This document shows positions 12,506 to 25,014 of a stretch of DNA of 64,000 bases, piece by piece. A program made the position numbers and the translations under genes. This DNA comes from Chiloscyllium plagiosum (taxonomy: Eukaryota), in contig NC_057749.1 of the NCBI RefSeq assembly GCF_004010195.1, forward strand, positions 25,211,248 to 25,275,247, in the 5' to 3' direction. Each line of letters begins with the position of its first letter. The first letter of the stretch is position 1. The notes beneath the pieces are model-generated. The model was not told the origin of the DNA, made no database searches, and saw only the letters and a list, made by a program, of their open reading frames with translations.

Positions 12506-14054
12506 AAAGTTTGTGTCGGTTATGTATAATGTGTAGCAAATCTCTGTATGAACACCACTATTACAATTACAGCACAGAAAGAGCCCACTTGGGCAAGTTC
12601 AGGCTTCATGTTCCACTCAAACCTCCGCCCTATTCCATGACCCTATCCTTCTATAGCTAACCCCCTCATCCAGCCTCCTGTGGAACACATCTGTCTCCGA
12701 TTTGACCGCAGTCACACACTTGGGCTTTCTCACAGACTGGTTATTTAAATAAGAAAACAAAACAGATCTTGAACCATGTGCTTATGACATAAAGCAACAG
12801 GAATGACCACAATCCTCAACAGGTTTAATCTCGAGGAGGAATACACTAAAGCTGCCCTTCAAAGTCATGACGTTGCTAAGGGAACGCTGCGTGCAAGCCA
12901 AGCATTTAGAGGACTCAAAGTGGTCATAATGTTCAACAGAATTGAATGTAATTGTGATGACTGGTACTATCTGTCGACAGGATAATAAAATACCACATGA
13001 TTTCAACAATATTTAGTAGATTGTATGGCAGAAATATAAATCAGTGTCTGCCTGGATTAGGTTTTGAGGGAGTGTTTATTGAAAATAAAGCAAAAAAAGT
13101 TTTGCTCTTATCCAGCACCTATCATGAACTTAGACAATCCCAAAACCACTTTAATGAAGTGTTTTTGAATTGTGGTTTCTGTTGTAATGTCGGGAATGAT
13201 AAATTGTCTCCAGTTATACAGAGTTGGTGGGGAATTGGCCTCATAGAATTAAGCAGTGTGGGAGGCCATTCAGCCTACTCTACCTATACTAGATCTTTGA
13301 AGGATCTTTCTAATTGGTCCCACCGTCCTTCTTTCTCCCCACAGCCCTGCAATTTTACTTCTCATTTTTTTTTGCCAATCCTCCTTAAAGAGTTACCATA
13401 TCTGCTCTCATCACACTTTCAGCAAATTCCCGATCTAACACGTTTTTGTGAGAACAAAGATTTCAGTCATGTCATCGATGCTTCTTTTTTGCAATTACCT
13501 TAAAACTAAAAATACATTATAATGCTCCAATTGACCTGGGTACAAATTGCAACCGGGTCTTCTGGATTTGCCTAGGCCTGTACAATAGCTGGGTTTCCTG
13601 ACAATTACGACACAACCATTGTCCAAAATTGCGATCGTTGTTGGTGTGGAAGGTTTTGAAGTGTAAGTAATGCGTGTGCGACATTATCGATTTGAGTTCC
13701 TTGTGGGCCTGGAGATAAAACCCTTACAAATATTTAAGCTTTTGAGTCCCATTCCAGGCCTTGATGGCCAAAGAAGTCATTTTTCTTACAAACAGGTTGA
13801 GTATCGACTTGTAAATCAAATGCAACCTGAACTGGAAACTCTACTGGACTTGCCATGTAAATAAAATAGCAGGTCAGAGGCTAAGACCACTTGTGTACAT
13901 CTTCTGTGTGGCTGTAACTTTGTAAGTCTCTCTCTGTTCAATCACTCTGATCTGTATGTCCTTGTATGTTATGATCTGCCCGCACTGCGTGCAAAACAAA
14001 ACTTTTCACTGTACTTAGGTACATGTGAAAACAACAAATCAAATCAAATCAACT

Positions 14055-14605
14055 CATCCCCTGACCCTCACTCCCACCAGACTGTGTCCACCATCTGCAA
14101 GGCACAGAGCAGGAGTGTAATGGAATACTCCCCATTTGCAACTCCAACAACATTCAAGAAGTTTGACACCATCCAGGACAAAGCAGCCCACTTGATTGGC
14201 ACAAACATCCACTCCCTCCACTGTCAACACTCCCAGTTTCACCAATTGTCTACCATCTATAAGATGTACTAAAGAAATTCACCAAAGACCCTTAGATAGC
14301 ACCTTCCAAACCCATGACCACTTCCGTCTAGAAGGACAAGGGTAGCAGATACATGGAAACACCACCACCTGCAAGTTCCCCTCCAAACCACTCACCATCC
14401 TGACTTGGAAATATATCGCCGTTCCTTCAGTGTCGCTAGGTCAAAATCCTGGAATTCCCTCCCTATGGACATTGTGGGTCTACCTACAGCAGGTGGACTG
14501 CAGCAGTTCAAGATGGCAGCTCACCCCCACCTTCTCAAGGGCCAACTAAGGACGGACAATAAATACAGTACCAGGCAACAATATCCACAGTCTGTTAGAG
14601 AATTA
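14055..14605 (+). mobile_element. Second CR1-like LINE family, 3' fragment (other copies about 3290-3580, 22290-22870, 35570-35770)
   Basis: STICKAQSRSVMEYSP...KKFDTIQDKAAHLIG; shared tail cagcagttcaagatggcagctcacc...cttctcaagggc. Confidence 0.75.
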
Positions 14606-14876
14606 AAACAAAACCCCTCCAATACTGACCAATGGCAGGCAGTAAACACAGGAGTGATTCGACCAAGGGGATGGAATGGAATTGGAGCCTCAAGCTTCAT
14701 TATCCATAACTTCAGGCTGAAGTAAGTATGTGAAGTTGCTGACACACCATCCCTGGGCCTGTTCATTTCATGTCCTAATGTTTAAAGGTGACTGAAAGTG
14801 ATGATTGTATATTGTGACTGACTATTCCTTGCAAAACAGAACAACTTAAGTTGCTTCTTGCGATACATCTCCTGGG

Positions 14877-15109
14877 TGTTGAAATAACTCCCCAAATGCT
14901 GGCATCCTGTCACTGAGTCACTCCTTATTTACACGTGTACATGACAATGACCCAGCGAGCTCAGAGCTAGCTCCTGGAGTGAGTAGAGCCCCTGACACTC
15001 CTGTTTCTATCTGTCAACCAGAGCTCTCTGATTGAACCAAAGTAACAGCCCCAATCAGGGAACTCATATACTATGATGTCCATCTGGCTGACTCACTCCA
15101 ATCACTACA
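14877..15109 (-). mobile_element. Short solo LTR (Gypsy-like)
   Basis: TG...CA termini (tgttg...ctaca), about 230 bp, CCAAT motifs; no clear TSD. Confidence 0.55.
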
Positions 15110-15582
15110 GGTATATTTTATCACATGCAATACAGAACCAAGCCATTCATGCTGACATTTATACTTCAGGTAAACCTCCTCCACTCCCTTCCTCACCTGC
15201 TCTATTAGTGTTACCTCCTACTGTTTTCTGACAAAATGTCAATCCAATTCCCCTTTAAATGCATCAATACTGTTTGGTTGCACCAGCCCTTTTGGTAACA
15301 AGTTCTCACATCTCTCCGGATGCAGACGTTCCATTTGAAGTCCTGATATCATTCATTGGTGACTATCTTAAAGTGATGGCCTCCACTTTTCCTCTTCCAA
15401 ACAAGCACAAATATTTTCTTTGTGTCGACCCCTGTCAGTGTTTTAAAGATTTCATCAGGTCATGGCTCAGCCTTATTTGTTCAAGATTATAGAGGTCCAA
15501 CCTATCAAAACTTTCCTAAAAATTACAACCTCATGCAGCTATCTCTTTTGTTTTGTATCCCCTTGAGAATCTCTATCGAAGA

Positions 15583-15730
15583 GTGTGGTGCTGGCAAAGC
15601 AACCTGATGAAGGGCTTATGCCCGAAATGTCGACTCTGCTGCTCCTCGGATACTGCCTGACCTGTTGTGCTTTTCCAGCAACACACTCTTCGACTCTGAT
15701 CTCCAGCATCTGCAATCCTCACTTTCGCCT
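15583..15730 (+). mobile_element. PLE family A unit with hammerhead core and short inverted 5' piece
   Basis: CTGATGA(15604-15610)AGGGCttatGCCCGAAATGTC; flanking repeat tctctat. Confidence 0.75.
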
Positions 15731-16271
15731 AGTGTCTCTATGTTATGTTTGACGTTTACTGTAGAATGTTCAATGTATATTGCGTGACATTCCTTTATCT
15801 GTTGTTTTTATGGTGTGAACAGTCTCTGAGTGAGATTTTCCAGGTTGTTTTAGGATATCCCAAAATTGTTAAACTCCTGGATGACTCGAAAAGCGTGGTG
15901 CTGGAAAAGCACAGCCGGTCAGGATGCCTCTGAGGAGCAGGAGAGTCGACATTTTGGGCATAAGCCCTTCATCAGGAATAAGACCATAAGACACAGGAGT
16001 GGAAGTAAGGCCATTCGGTCCATCAGGTCCACTCCACCATACAATCATGGCTGATGGGCATTTTCACGCCACTTACCTGCACTCTCCCCATATCCCTTAA
16101 TTTGTTGCGAGATTAAGAAATTATAAGACGAGAAGACATAGGAGTGATGCCCTGGTTCCTGATCAAGGTGGGCATCTCATCAGCCACTGGCCACCTCTGA
16201 ATTGCCTCCTGAGGGGGTAATCCTGACCTCATATCACCCAAGCTTCCCTGAGATGGGAATATGGTGGGAGG

Positions 16272-16390
16272 GCTTTATCCTAAAACATCGATTTTCCTGC
16301 TCCTGGGATGCTGCCCGACCTGCTGTGCTTTTCCAGCACCACTCTAATCTAAATTTTGTTTTCCAACATTTGCAGTCCTCACTTTTGCCT
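16272..16390 (+). mobile_element. PLE family A terminal unit with 13-bp TSD
   Basis: atatggtgggagg at 16259-16271 and 16391-16403. Confidence 0.75.
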
Positions 16391-18129
16391 ATATGGTGGG
16401 AGGTGCCAGCCTTTACAAAGGGAGTGGGCCGGCAGAATTTGAAATTGAGCTAGATGGAGAAGAACAGACACAAAAAGCTGCTGTTGCAATAAGAAACTGA
16501 GTAACAAGGGAAGAAAGCATTGTCAGGACCATGGGGAAAGTTCAGGGAGAGGAGGTGGGATTGCTATTTTCAAATGAGCTAGAACAGGAACTCTAGACTT
16601 CAACATTATATCCTCATCCCGGGAGGCGTGGGGTTGGGATTACCCCTTCAGGAGGCAATTCAGAGGCGGCCAGTGGCTGATGAGATGCCCACTTTGATTT
16701 TCTGTGGGTTTGTTGCTCTTGTGGTAAAGGCTGTTTGACACTCTAGCCTTCAATACTCACACCCTCTCACTCCCCCTCATCCCATCCCTCCTTTTTGCCC
16801 CCATGCCACCACCATTCACCTTTCATGTCTCCCCCCCCCGTACACTCAGTCTGATGCCCATGCCCCCATGCACCTTCCATGTCTCTCCCATATCCTTCAT
16901 GTCTACACCCTCAGGTTGCATTATAATGAGACACACAATAACAAAGGTCATCCTTGAAACGCGATCACAAAAATGCCCAAACTGAAACTAGATCGGGGAA
17001 AATACACCTGCTGTTATAACCTATAAAGTGTTAACGAACCAGTCTTTCAATAATTGCACCTTCTCCTCATTTTTATTGAGTCATGCAGCTCAGAAGCAGA
17101 CCGTTCGGCCCAGCTCATATTTCCAATCAGACATCCCAATCTGACCTAATTCCAATTGCCAGCATTTGGCCCCTTTCCCTGTAAACACTTCCTATTTATA
17201 TCTCTTACCCTTGCCTGAACAAACATATACACATTGAATGAAGGAGTTCAAAGTAGACATAATTTATTATCAGCCCATCAAGATTAAACTGACCAAACTA
17301 ACATTCCACTTCTACCCATGACTTCAACCTGTTCCGCCAGACAGAAGATACAAAAGCTTCTTTCCTGTTGTTATGAGACTTATGAATGGACCTCTGAAAT
17401 TTTAAATTTAATGTTGATCTCGCTGTTTGTGCACCTTCTGCGCAGCCGTAACACTGTATTCCTCGCTCTGTTTTATTACCCTAATGCACTTTATATGGTA
17501 TGGTGGGATTGTTATTTTCAAATGAAGTAGAGCAGGAACAGTGGGCTGAGTGGCCTCCTACCATACCGTACAATTCTGTGATTCCCTAAAGACATAAAAT
17601 ATTCATTTGCTAAGATCAGAAATGGTCATTTCTCTGCTTCAGATTTATAATAGTGTCAGACATTCTCCTCTTTTACAGTGATTCAATCGAAGTCTGCGCT
17701 GTTCCAACACCGTGACCTTGCGTGTTGCCCTTTCAAAGCCATGATCTGACTCCCTTCTCTGCACCCCACGGGAAAATACCAGCTCCCTCAGGCTCACAGC
17801 TTGCTATTGATGAGCTGGGGCCCGCTCTCCTTCATCACTTCCTAATTATCCTGTCTCTTCATTAAGACGGAACTCTTCAAAGATTAGGTCTCCATCAAAA
17901 TTAAAATGTGTTACCAGTGAGCTCACTGAACAATATTGCCACGTTTCAGCTAAACCAGAGCCATGAGAGCTGGTGTAGTCAACGCTGAGAGCTACTTAAA
18001 TCATTGATCAGATGCCTAGTTTGAGCAATGGCCACTGATTAATCAGTTTGCAGATGACAAACCAGTCATGATTATCCATTTAGCGAAAGGAATCTCTCAT
18101 TAGCCCTTATGAATAATGAAGAAATGGGG

Positions 18130-18510
18130 AAAGGACTCCTCTGGTAATGTCCCTACTTCTGAGCCAGGCAAACTAGGTTTCAAATCTTACCCCTTCCAGA
18201 GGGGTGTGTATTAACATCACTGAATAGGGCGCTTAAAAAGCTAGGTTAAATTAATGAAAGATAGGGGAAAAGGTGTTTGTGGCACAATGGTAATGTCCCC
18301 ATCTCTGAGCCAGGAGGCCTAGTTTCAAGTCCCAGAGCTATATGATAACATCACTGAACAGGTCAAAATTGAAAATAATATCAAGGAATGCCTTAAAGGG
18401 GCTCTTGTGGTTCAGTGGTACTGTCCTTACTCTTGAACAGAACTGAGTTCAATTCCCATCTGCTCCAGGGATGTGTTGCAACATCCCTGAACAGGTTAGT
18501 AAGGGAAAAA
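18130..18510 (+). mobile_element. Three adjacent copies of a short (~120 bp) tRNA-derived SINE; another copy at about 63721-63817 (-)
   Basis: Each has tggta.tgtcc...ctgagccagg...ttcaa.tccc...aacatc.ctgaacagg. Confidence 0.7.
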
Positions 18511-18624
18511 TATTTAAAAACGCAGATCCCATTTCTCAGAGCTGACAACGCTCATCATGTTGAATATTACTTTTTTAAAAAGCTGTAAAATGAAAGGATC
18601 TTATCTTTTAAAAAGTGTAGAAAT

Positions 18625-18760
18625 GAGAGAGGGCTTGCATTTGCATATCGCCTATCAGATGTCCCTCAGTGCTTGAGACCCACTGAGGTACTTTTGAAGG
18701 ATTGTTGCAGCTGGAAAACATGTCCACCAATCTGTGCACAGCAAGATCCCACAAGTAGAA
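18625..18760 (-). mobile_element. Old Deu-domain-like SINE remnant
   Basis: ccaatctgtgcacagcaagatcccacaa and tacttttgaag resemble the Deu domain of AmnSINE1/SacSINE1-type SINEs (recalled consensus). Confidence 0.5.
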
Positions 18761-19262
18761 ATGAAGGGGGGAACGGAGGTGGAGACGTTTAAAGAAGGAT
18801 ACCAGAAATTAGGACCCAGATTACTAAAAGTGGAGTGATTAAAAATAATGAATGTGCACATTTCTCTGCGCACTTTCTCTCACCTTAAATGCTGGGAAAT
18901 AGTATTGGTCAAAAGGAAACAGTACAACAGGATCTTAAATAACCTGCAAAACTGAGAATCTTCAAACCAACTGCTCAGCTACCAATGTCAGCGTTGATAA
19001 CTTCCACTTCAACACGAGCTATCTACTCTATTCAGAGACTGATCCAAATATCCTATTTTTCAAGCTTGCACCTTTTCGGACTCACCTTTTACTTCCAAGC
19101 TGTGTTTGGTGATATTAATTCTCCTCATGTTTTGTGATTAGTAAACTCACTTTTTGTCAAGAAAGCCTGGTTCCATTGACTCCTTTTAAAACATCGGTTA
19201 ATTTGGGTCTGGGAGAAAGGTATCCTGAAGAGCAGGGAACCTTTTGTCAACTAACCTTATTG

Positions 19263-19475
19263 TTAAAAAACACATCACACCAGGTCCAACAGGTTGATTA
19301 GGCAGCACTAGCTTTCGGAGCGCCGCTCATTCATCAGGTAGCTTCATCAGGACCTGATGAAGGAGCAGTGCTCTGAAAGCTAGTGCTTCCAAATAAACCT
19401 GTCAGACTATAACCTGGTGTTGTGTGATTTCTAACTTTGTACACCTCTGTTCAACACTGGCACCTCCAAACCATA
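19263..19475. mobile_element. Inverted pair of PLE family B units, each with a hammerhead core
   Basis: Plus: CTGATGAAGGAGCagtGCTCTGAAAGCTAgtg (~19354-19385); minus: CTGATGAATGAGCggcGCTCCGAAAGCTAgtg (~19306-19337). Confidence 0.78.
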
Positions 19476-21140
19476 ACATTATTGTGACTAACTGAAGGGG
19501 TGAATAAATAGTCAATGGGAGCAAGTTCATTCTTCCTCACCTGGGAGGATAACAATTTTAAGAAATCAAATTGGTGTCCCTGGAGTCTGAGTTACAGTAT
19601 TTGTAGATAATGAGCAACAGAAATGTCCCACTGAAGTCATTTCTTTCAGGTAGAGTATAAATTTCCTTTAAGATATGTCTTTCTGTTTTATCCTTGTTTC
19701 TAAGGGTTAGGCTATTCACACCATAGAATCACTAGAGTGTGGAAACAGGCCCTTCAGCCCAATAAGTCCACACTGACCCTCCGAAGAGTAACCCACCCAG
19801 ACCCATTCTTCTATCCTATTATCCTCCATTTACCCCAGATTAATGCATCTAACCTACATATCCCTGAACACTATGGGCAATTTATCCTGGCCAATTTACC
19901 TAACTTGCATATCTTTGAACTGTGGGAGGAAACCGGAGCACCGGGAGGAAACCCACCCGAATGTGCAAACTCCACACAGTCATCCGAGGCTGGAATTGAA
20001 CCCGGGTACCTGGCGCTATGAGGCAGCAGTGCTAGCCACTGAGCCACCATGCCACCATTGGGCAAAATGTTGGAAGTTTTTCTGCTGTCATGTGCAGGGG
20101 ATTCTCCTGCTTTTTCTGCCCGCATTGGAAGGAATGGGGTGGCTCAGTGGTTAACAGTGCCAGGGACCTTGTTTGATCTTACCCTCAGGTGACTGTCTGT
20201 GTGGAGTTTGTACGATCCCCCCTTGTCTGTGTGGGGTGCTCCAACTTCCTCCCAGAGTCCAAAAATGTGTAGGCTGGGCTGGATTAGCCATAGGGAATAT
20301 CAGACTACAGGGATAGGGTGGGTGGGTCTGGATGGGATGCTCTTTGGAAGTTTGGTATGGCCTGCTTCCACACTGCCAGGATTCTATGATTTAAAAGCTT
20401 CCAATCAACCTGTTTGGCCATGTTGCAGATCCACCATCCATGGCCAACAAGTCTGAGAATGGGACTTGAACTCAGAGCTCCTGGCCTAGAGGCTGGGATG
20501 CTACTCATCGCACCATACAACCCATCCCCCATTCTTTAAGGTTAATAATTCAGTTAGTTTGTCACATGAGTGATTTGTTATGTAGTCCTTAACAGGTCTT
20601 CATTCCTTGCTGTGTTTGTCACCTTTAATAACTCACTCATAAAGAAAAAGCTTTGCCAAATGTTAACTGGGAACAAGGGCACATTACAAAACTGCATTTG
20701 TTTGAGCACAGTTTGGGATATGAGTAGAATTTTCTGTTAAAACAACAGCAGGTGAATGATACACACAAACATGAGAAAATTGGACAGACTTCAGGCATTG
20801 TGATCGGTCACAACTATTTTATTTCTCCTTTGTACCTCTCTCCTCTCTCTCTAATCATTTAAATTTGGTTGGTAGTACAGAATTTGTTGAAGGTTTTCAT
20901 CAGGATAAATTGCAAGAGTATTAAACTAAAGAGAAAGAAAGTTTTGTAATCTATTTGATGATGCAATTAAAGTTGGGGGGTGATCAAGAGGCAGCAATGA
21001 GAGGGGTATACTGAAATCAGCGGCTGGAGATATACCTGAAATGGGAAAGTTGTTCATCTCCTCCAGCTCCTCGACTCTCTGAGATGTCAGTACCCCTCTA
21101 ATCCCTCTTTCTTTAACATCACCAAAGTTAATTGTGTCAC

Positions 21141-21910
21141 TAGAGTTGTAGAATCATAGAGATGTACAAAACGGAAACAGACCCTTCAGTCCAACTTGTC
21201 CATGCCGACCAGATATCCTAAATTGATTTCGTCCCATTTGCCAACACTTGGTCCATATCTCTCTAAACCCTTCCCATTCATGTACCCATTTTAAATGTTG
21301 TAATTGTACCAGCCTCCACCACTTCATCTGGCAGCTCATTCCATACACGCACCACGCTCTGCGTGAAGATGTTGCCCCTTAGCTCCCTTTTATATCTTTC
21401 CCCTCTCACCCTATGCCCTCTTGTTCTGCACTCCCTCACCCCAGGGAAAAGACCTTGGCTATTCATCCTATCCATGCTCCTCGTGATTTTATAAACCTCG
21501 ATAAGGTCACTCCTCAGCCTCCGATGCTCCAGGGAAAGCAGCCCCAGCCTGTTCAACCTCTCCCTGTAGCTCAAACCCTCCAACCCTGGCAACATCCTTG
21601 TAAATCTTTTCTGAACTCTTTCAAGTTTCACAACATCTTTCCGATAGGAAGGAGACCAGAATTGCACGCAATATTCCAACAGTGGCCTGACCAATGTCCT
21701 GTACAGCTGCAACATGACCTCCCAACTCCTGTACTCAATACTCTGACCAATAAAGGAAAGCATACCAAACGCCTTCTTCACTACCCTATCTACCTGTGAC
21801 TCTAATTTCACGGAGCTATGAACCTGCACTCCAAGGTCTCTTTGTTCAGCAACACTCCCTAGAACCTTACCATTAAGTATATAAGTCCTGCCCTGATTTG
21901 TCTACCAAAA
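21141..21910 (-). mobile_element. HER1/CR1 LINE 3' fragment with open ORF2 C-terminus
   Basis: ORF 21278-21829(-): LYRTLVRPLLEYCVQFWSP...KLERVQKRFTRMLPG...RVWNELP. Confidence 0.95.
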
Positions 21911-22140
21911 TAAAAACCAAAAGGACTGCGGATGCTGTAAGTTAGAAACAAGAATAGAAGCTTCTGGAAAAGCTCAGATCTAGCAGCATCTGTAAAGAGA
22001 AATCAAGTTAACGTTTTGGGTCTGGTGACTTCTGAGGAACCGTTCTGAGGAAGGGTCACCGACTCAAAACATTAACTTTGATTTCTCTTCACAGATGCTG
22101 CTAGACCTGCTGAGCTTTTCCAGCAACTTCTGTTTTTGTT
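21911..22140. mobile_element. Inverted pair of PLE family C units
   Basis: ctggaaaagctcag...gcagcatctgt..agagaaatc is mirrored by gatttctcttcacagatgctgctagacctgctgagcttttccag; decayed hammerhead gttCTGAGGAAgggtcaccgactcAAAAcattaac. Confidence 0.75.
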
Positions 22141-23837
22141 TAATTGTGTCACCATTTGTGGCTGCTCCTTCAGTAACTTTGGTCCCAAATTCTCCATCTC
22201 TTGTCCTCACTCTCCTCCTTTAAGACATTCTTAAAAGCCACCTCTTTGGCCAAGATATTAGTCATCAGTCTTAAGGTCTCCTCATGTAACTCAGTGATGT
22301 TACCATCACTGAATCCTCCACTATCAATGGGGTTATCACTGACTAGAAACTCAACTGGACTCGTCACATAAACACATTGGCCACAAGAGCAGGTCAGTGG
22401 CTAGGAACACTACAGCAAATAACTCACCTCCTGACTCCCCAAAGCCTGTCCACCATCTCCAAGGCACAAGCCAGGAGTGTGATGGAATACTCGCTGCTTG
22501 CCTGGATGGGTGCAGCTCCTACAACACTCAAGAAGCTTGACAGCATCTGGAACAAAGCAGCCTGTTTCGTCGCACCATATTTACAAACATTCACTCCCTC
22601 CACTGATGCTCAACAACACCAAAACTTCATCAAAACTCCTTAGAAGCATCTTCCAAACCCATGACCACCTAGAAGGTCAAGGAAAGGAGATACATGGGAA
22701 CACCACCCCCTGCAAGATCTCCCTCTAAGCCACTCACCAACCTGACTTGGAAATATATTGCTGGTCAAAATCCTGGAATTCTCTTCTCAAGAGCAATGTG
22801 CCTCCTTCCCAAGGACTGCAGCAGTTTGAGTTGGTCCCTCATCTTCTCAAGGGCAATTAGGGATGGGCAAAAGTTTACTATTTATAGTAAATTGTACTAT
22901 TATATTTTTACTATAAATTCTGAGTCTTACGACCTTATATTTCACAACCACCTGAAGAAGGGTAGCGCTCCAAAAGCTAGTGCTTTCAATTAAACCTGGC
23001 GTTGTGTGATATTTAACTCAGAATTTAACACTCTCATGTTGGAATACAATGCCAGACAATATAAAGCAGCCGTTCATAAGTACAGGGCATGTTCATATGT
23101 CAGATCTTTAGAAATACACCCCTGTTGGGGATTGTATTCATTCAGTACAAATGTTTGTAAGTTGGATGTAAATAAATCAGGATTCTCCTATAGCATTACA
23201 TTTTGACAATCTTGAAACAGTATCCAAAATGTTAAAGGCACTACATAACTATGAGCTGCTGTTATTAATGAACTATTTTCTGTTGCGAATCATGGAGACC
23301 ATCAGGTTGCTGTGGAGGGATTTGTGGATCAATGCGGCACAGTAGCTCATGGGGTGGCACGGTGACTCAGTGGTTAGCACTACTGCCTCACAGCACCAGG
23401 GTCCTAGGTTCAAATCCAGCCTTGGATGACTGTGTGGAGTTTGCACATTCTCCCCATACTCTGGTTTCCTCCCACAGTCGAAAGATATGCAGGTCAGGTG
23501 AATTAGCCATGCTAAATTGCCTGTAGTGTTAAATGCATTAGTCAGAGGGGAAATGGGTCTGAGTGGTTACTCTTCGAAAGGTCAGTGTGGACCTGTTGGG
23601 CCGAAGTGCCTGTTTCCACGCCGTAGGGAATCTAATCTAAGCGCCTCACACTTACCCGGATTAAGCTCAAGTTGTATAAACCTGTAGTTACACACTGTAG
23701 GGAATCTAATCCAATCATGCAGCCAGTTACAAGTCTCACTGTTGTGATTGAACTGTGAAACTTCAGGAAGAGTATTCCTCTCTTATCTGTAGTGAAATAT
23801 CACAGACACACGCTTGAACAATATATTGACAGTCATA

Positions 23838-24052
23838 TGCAACAGTGTATGAAGAGTTAAGTCTGACTGAGTGATAAGACAATGAATCATAGCATGCATC
23901 ATTCCAGGAAGTGATGTGGTGTCTCTCTCTTGCAGCCTTGTGGCAAGATGAAGACGAGATCAGATGTTTCTTAAATAAAATCAATGCTTTCTTCAACCCA
24001 ACGGACTCTGCAAATACTCTTTAGCACAAGGAAGCCAAGAATATGATGAACA
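23838..24052 (+). mobile_element. Old LTR-like repeat; homologous copy at about 59232-59388 plus 59800-59877, split by a CR1
   Basis: Shared blocks gtta.gtctgactg.gtgat, catcatt.cagg, cagcct..tggcaagatgaag, ccaagaatat; AATAAA and terminal ..aca. Confidence 0.55.
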
Positions 24053-25014
24053 ATGTTGTGTTATTTCGCACAGTCAGTCGGTCAATGTACCTTTAAGAGA
24101 CATGCTCATGATATCATCAATGTGTCATAGCATGTGACTTGAGAGCATGATGTTCTCGTACTCCACCTTAGTCCTGTGGCCACTTGAAGGGTTTGAGATA
24201 TAAAAATAGATTGGAAACGTTGGGACTTCCTTCACTCTGCTGAGGGGTGACCTTACAGAGGTTTATAAAATCATGAAAGGCATGGATAAGGTAAATGGTC
24301 CCCAGGGTGGGGGAGTTCAAAACAAGGGGGCATACTTTTAAGGTGAGAGGAGAAAAATTTAAAAAGGGGCAACTTTTTTACATAGAGAGTGGTTCGTGAT
24401 CTGCCAGATGAAGCAGTGGACGCAGGTACAGTTACAATGTTTCATATAAGTTCATAAACAGGAAAAGTATGGGCCAGGAGCAGGCAGGTGGGACTAGTTT
24501 GGTTTGGGAACATGGTCAGCACAGACTGATTGGATCAAAAGGGTCCGTTTCCATGTTGTATGACTTTATGAGATATGGGACTTAACAGGATAAATACTGA
24601 GAAGATGTTTCCCCTCATGGGAGAGTTTAGAACAGAGGGCATAGTGTCAGAATAAAGGGGCCAACTTAAGACTGAGATGAGGAGGAATTTCTTCTTTCAG
24701 AGAATTCAGTGCCTTTGGAAGTCCTTGCCAATGACAGCTTTCAGAGTAGAGTCCTTGCGATCTCATGTTGTCGTTGTTGTGTATATTTATGGTTGGGATA
24801 GAGTTTTGCTCAGTTGGGGAATGAAGGGTAATGGGAAAAGAGTACTAACATGGACGTGAGGAGTGTTGGATCAGCCATGATCCGATTGAATGACAGAGCA
24901 GTCTTGTGGGGCTAAATGGTCTCCTCTTGTTCCTGTTTCTTATGGTTTCCCGCTACTGGAAGTCTGTCGCTCCCCATCTCAGTCTTACGTTGGTGTTCCT
25001 TTATTCTGAGACTA

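Noticed and set aside
12997..13503. 168-aa plus-strand ORF
   Set aside because: Runs across old SINE and CR1-tail remnants; no domain-like features
19086..19225. Minus-strand exon-like signals
   Set aside because: Several alternative boundaries, mostly closed frames, and no coherent model with other candidates
23895..23920. Partial resemblance to the reverse complement of miR-200
   Set aside because: Only a short partial match, no hairpin partner, and it lies in a dispersed LTR-like repeat
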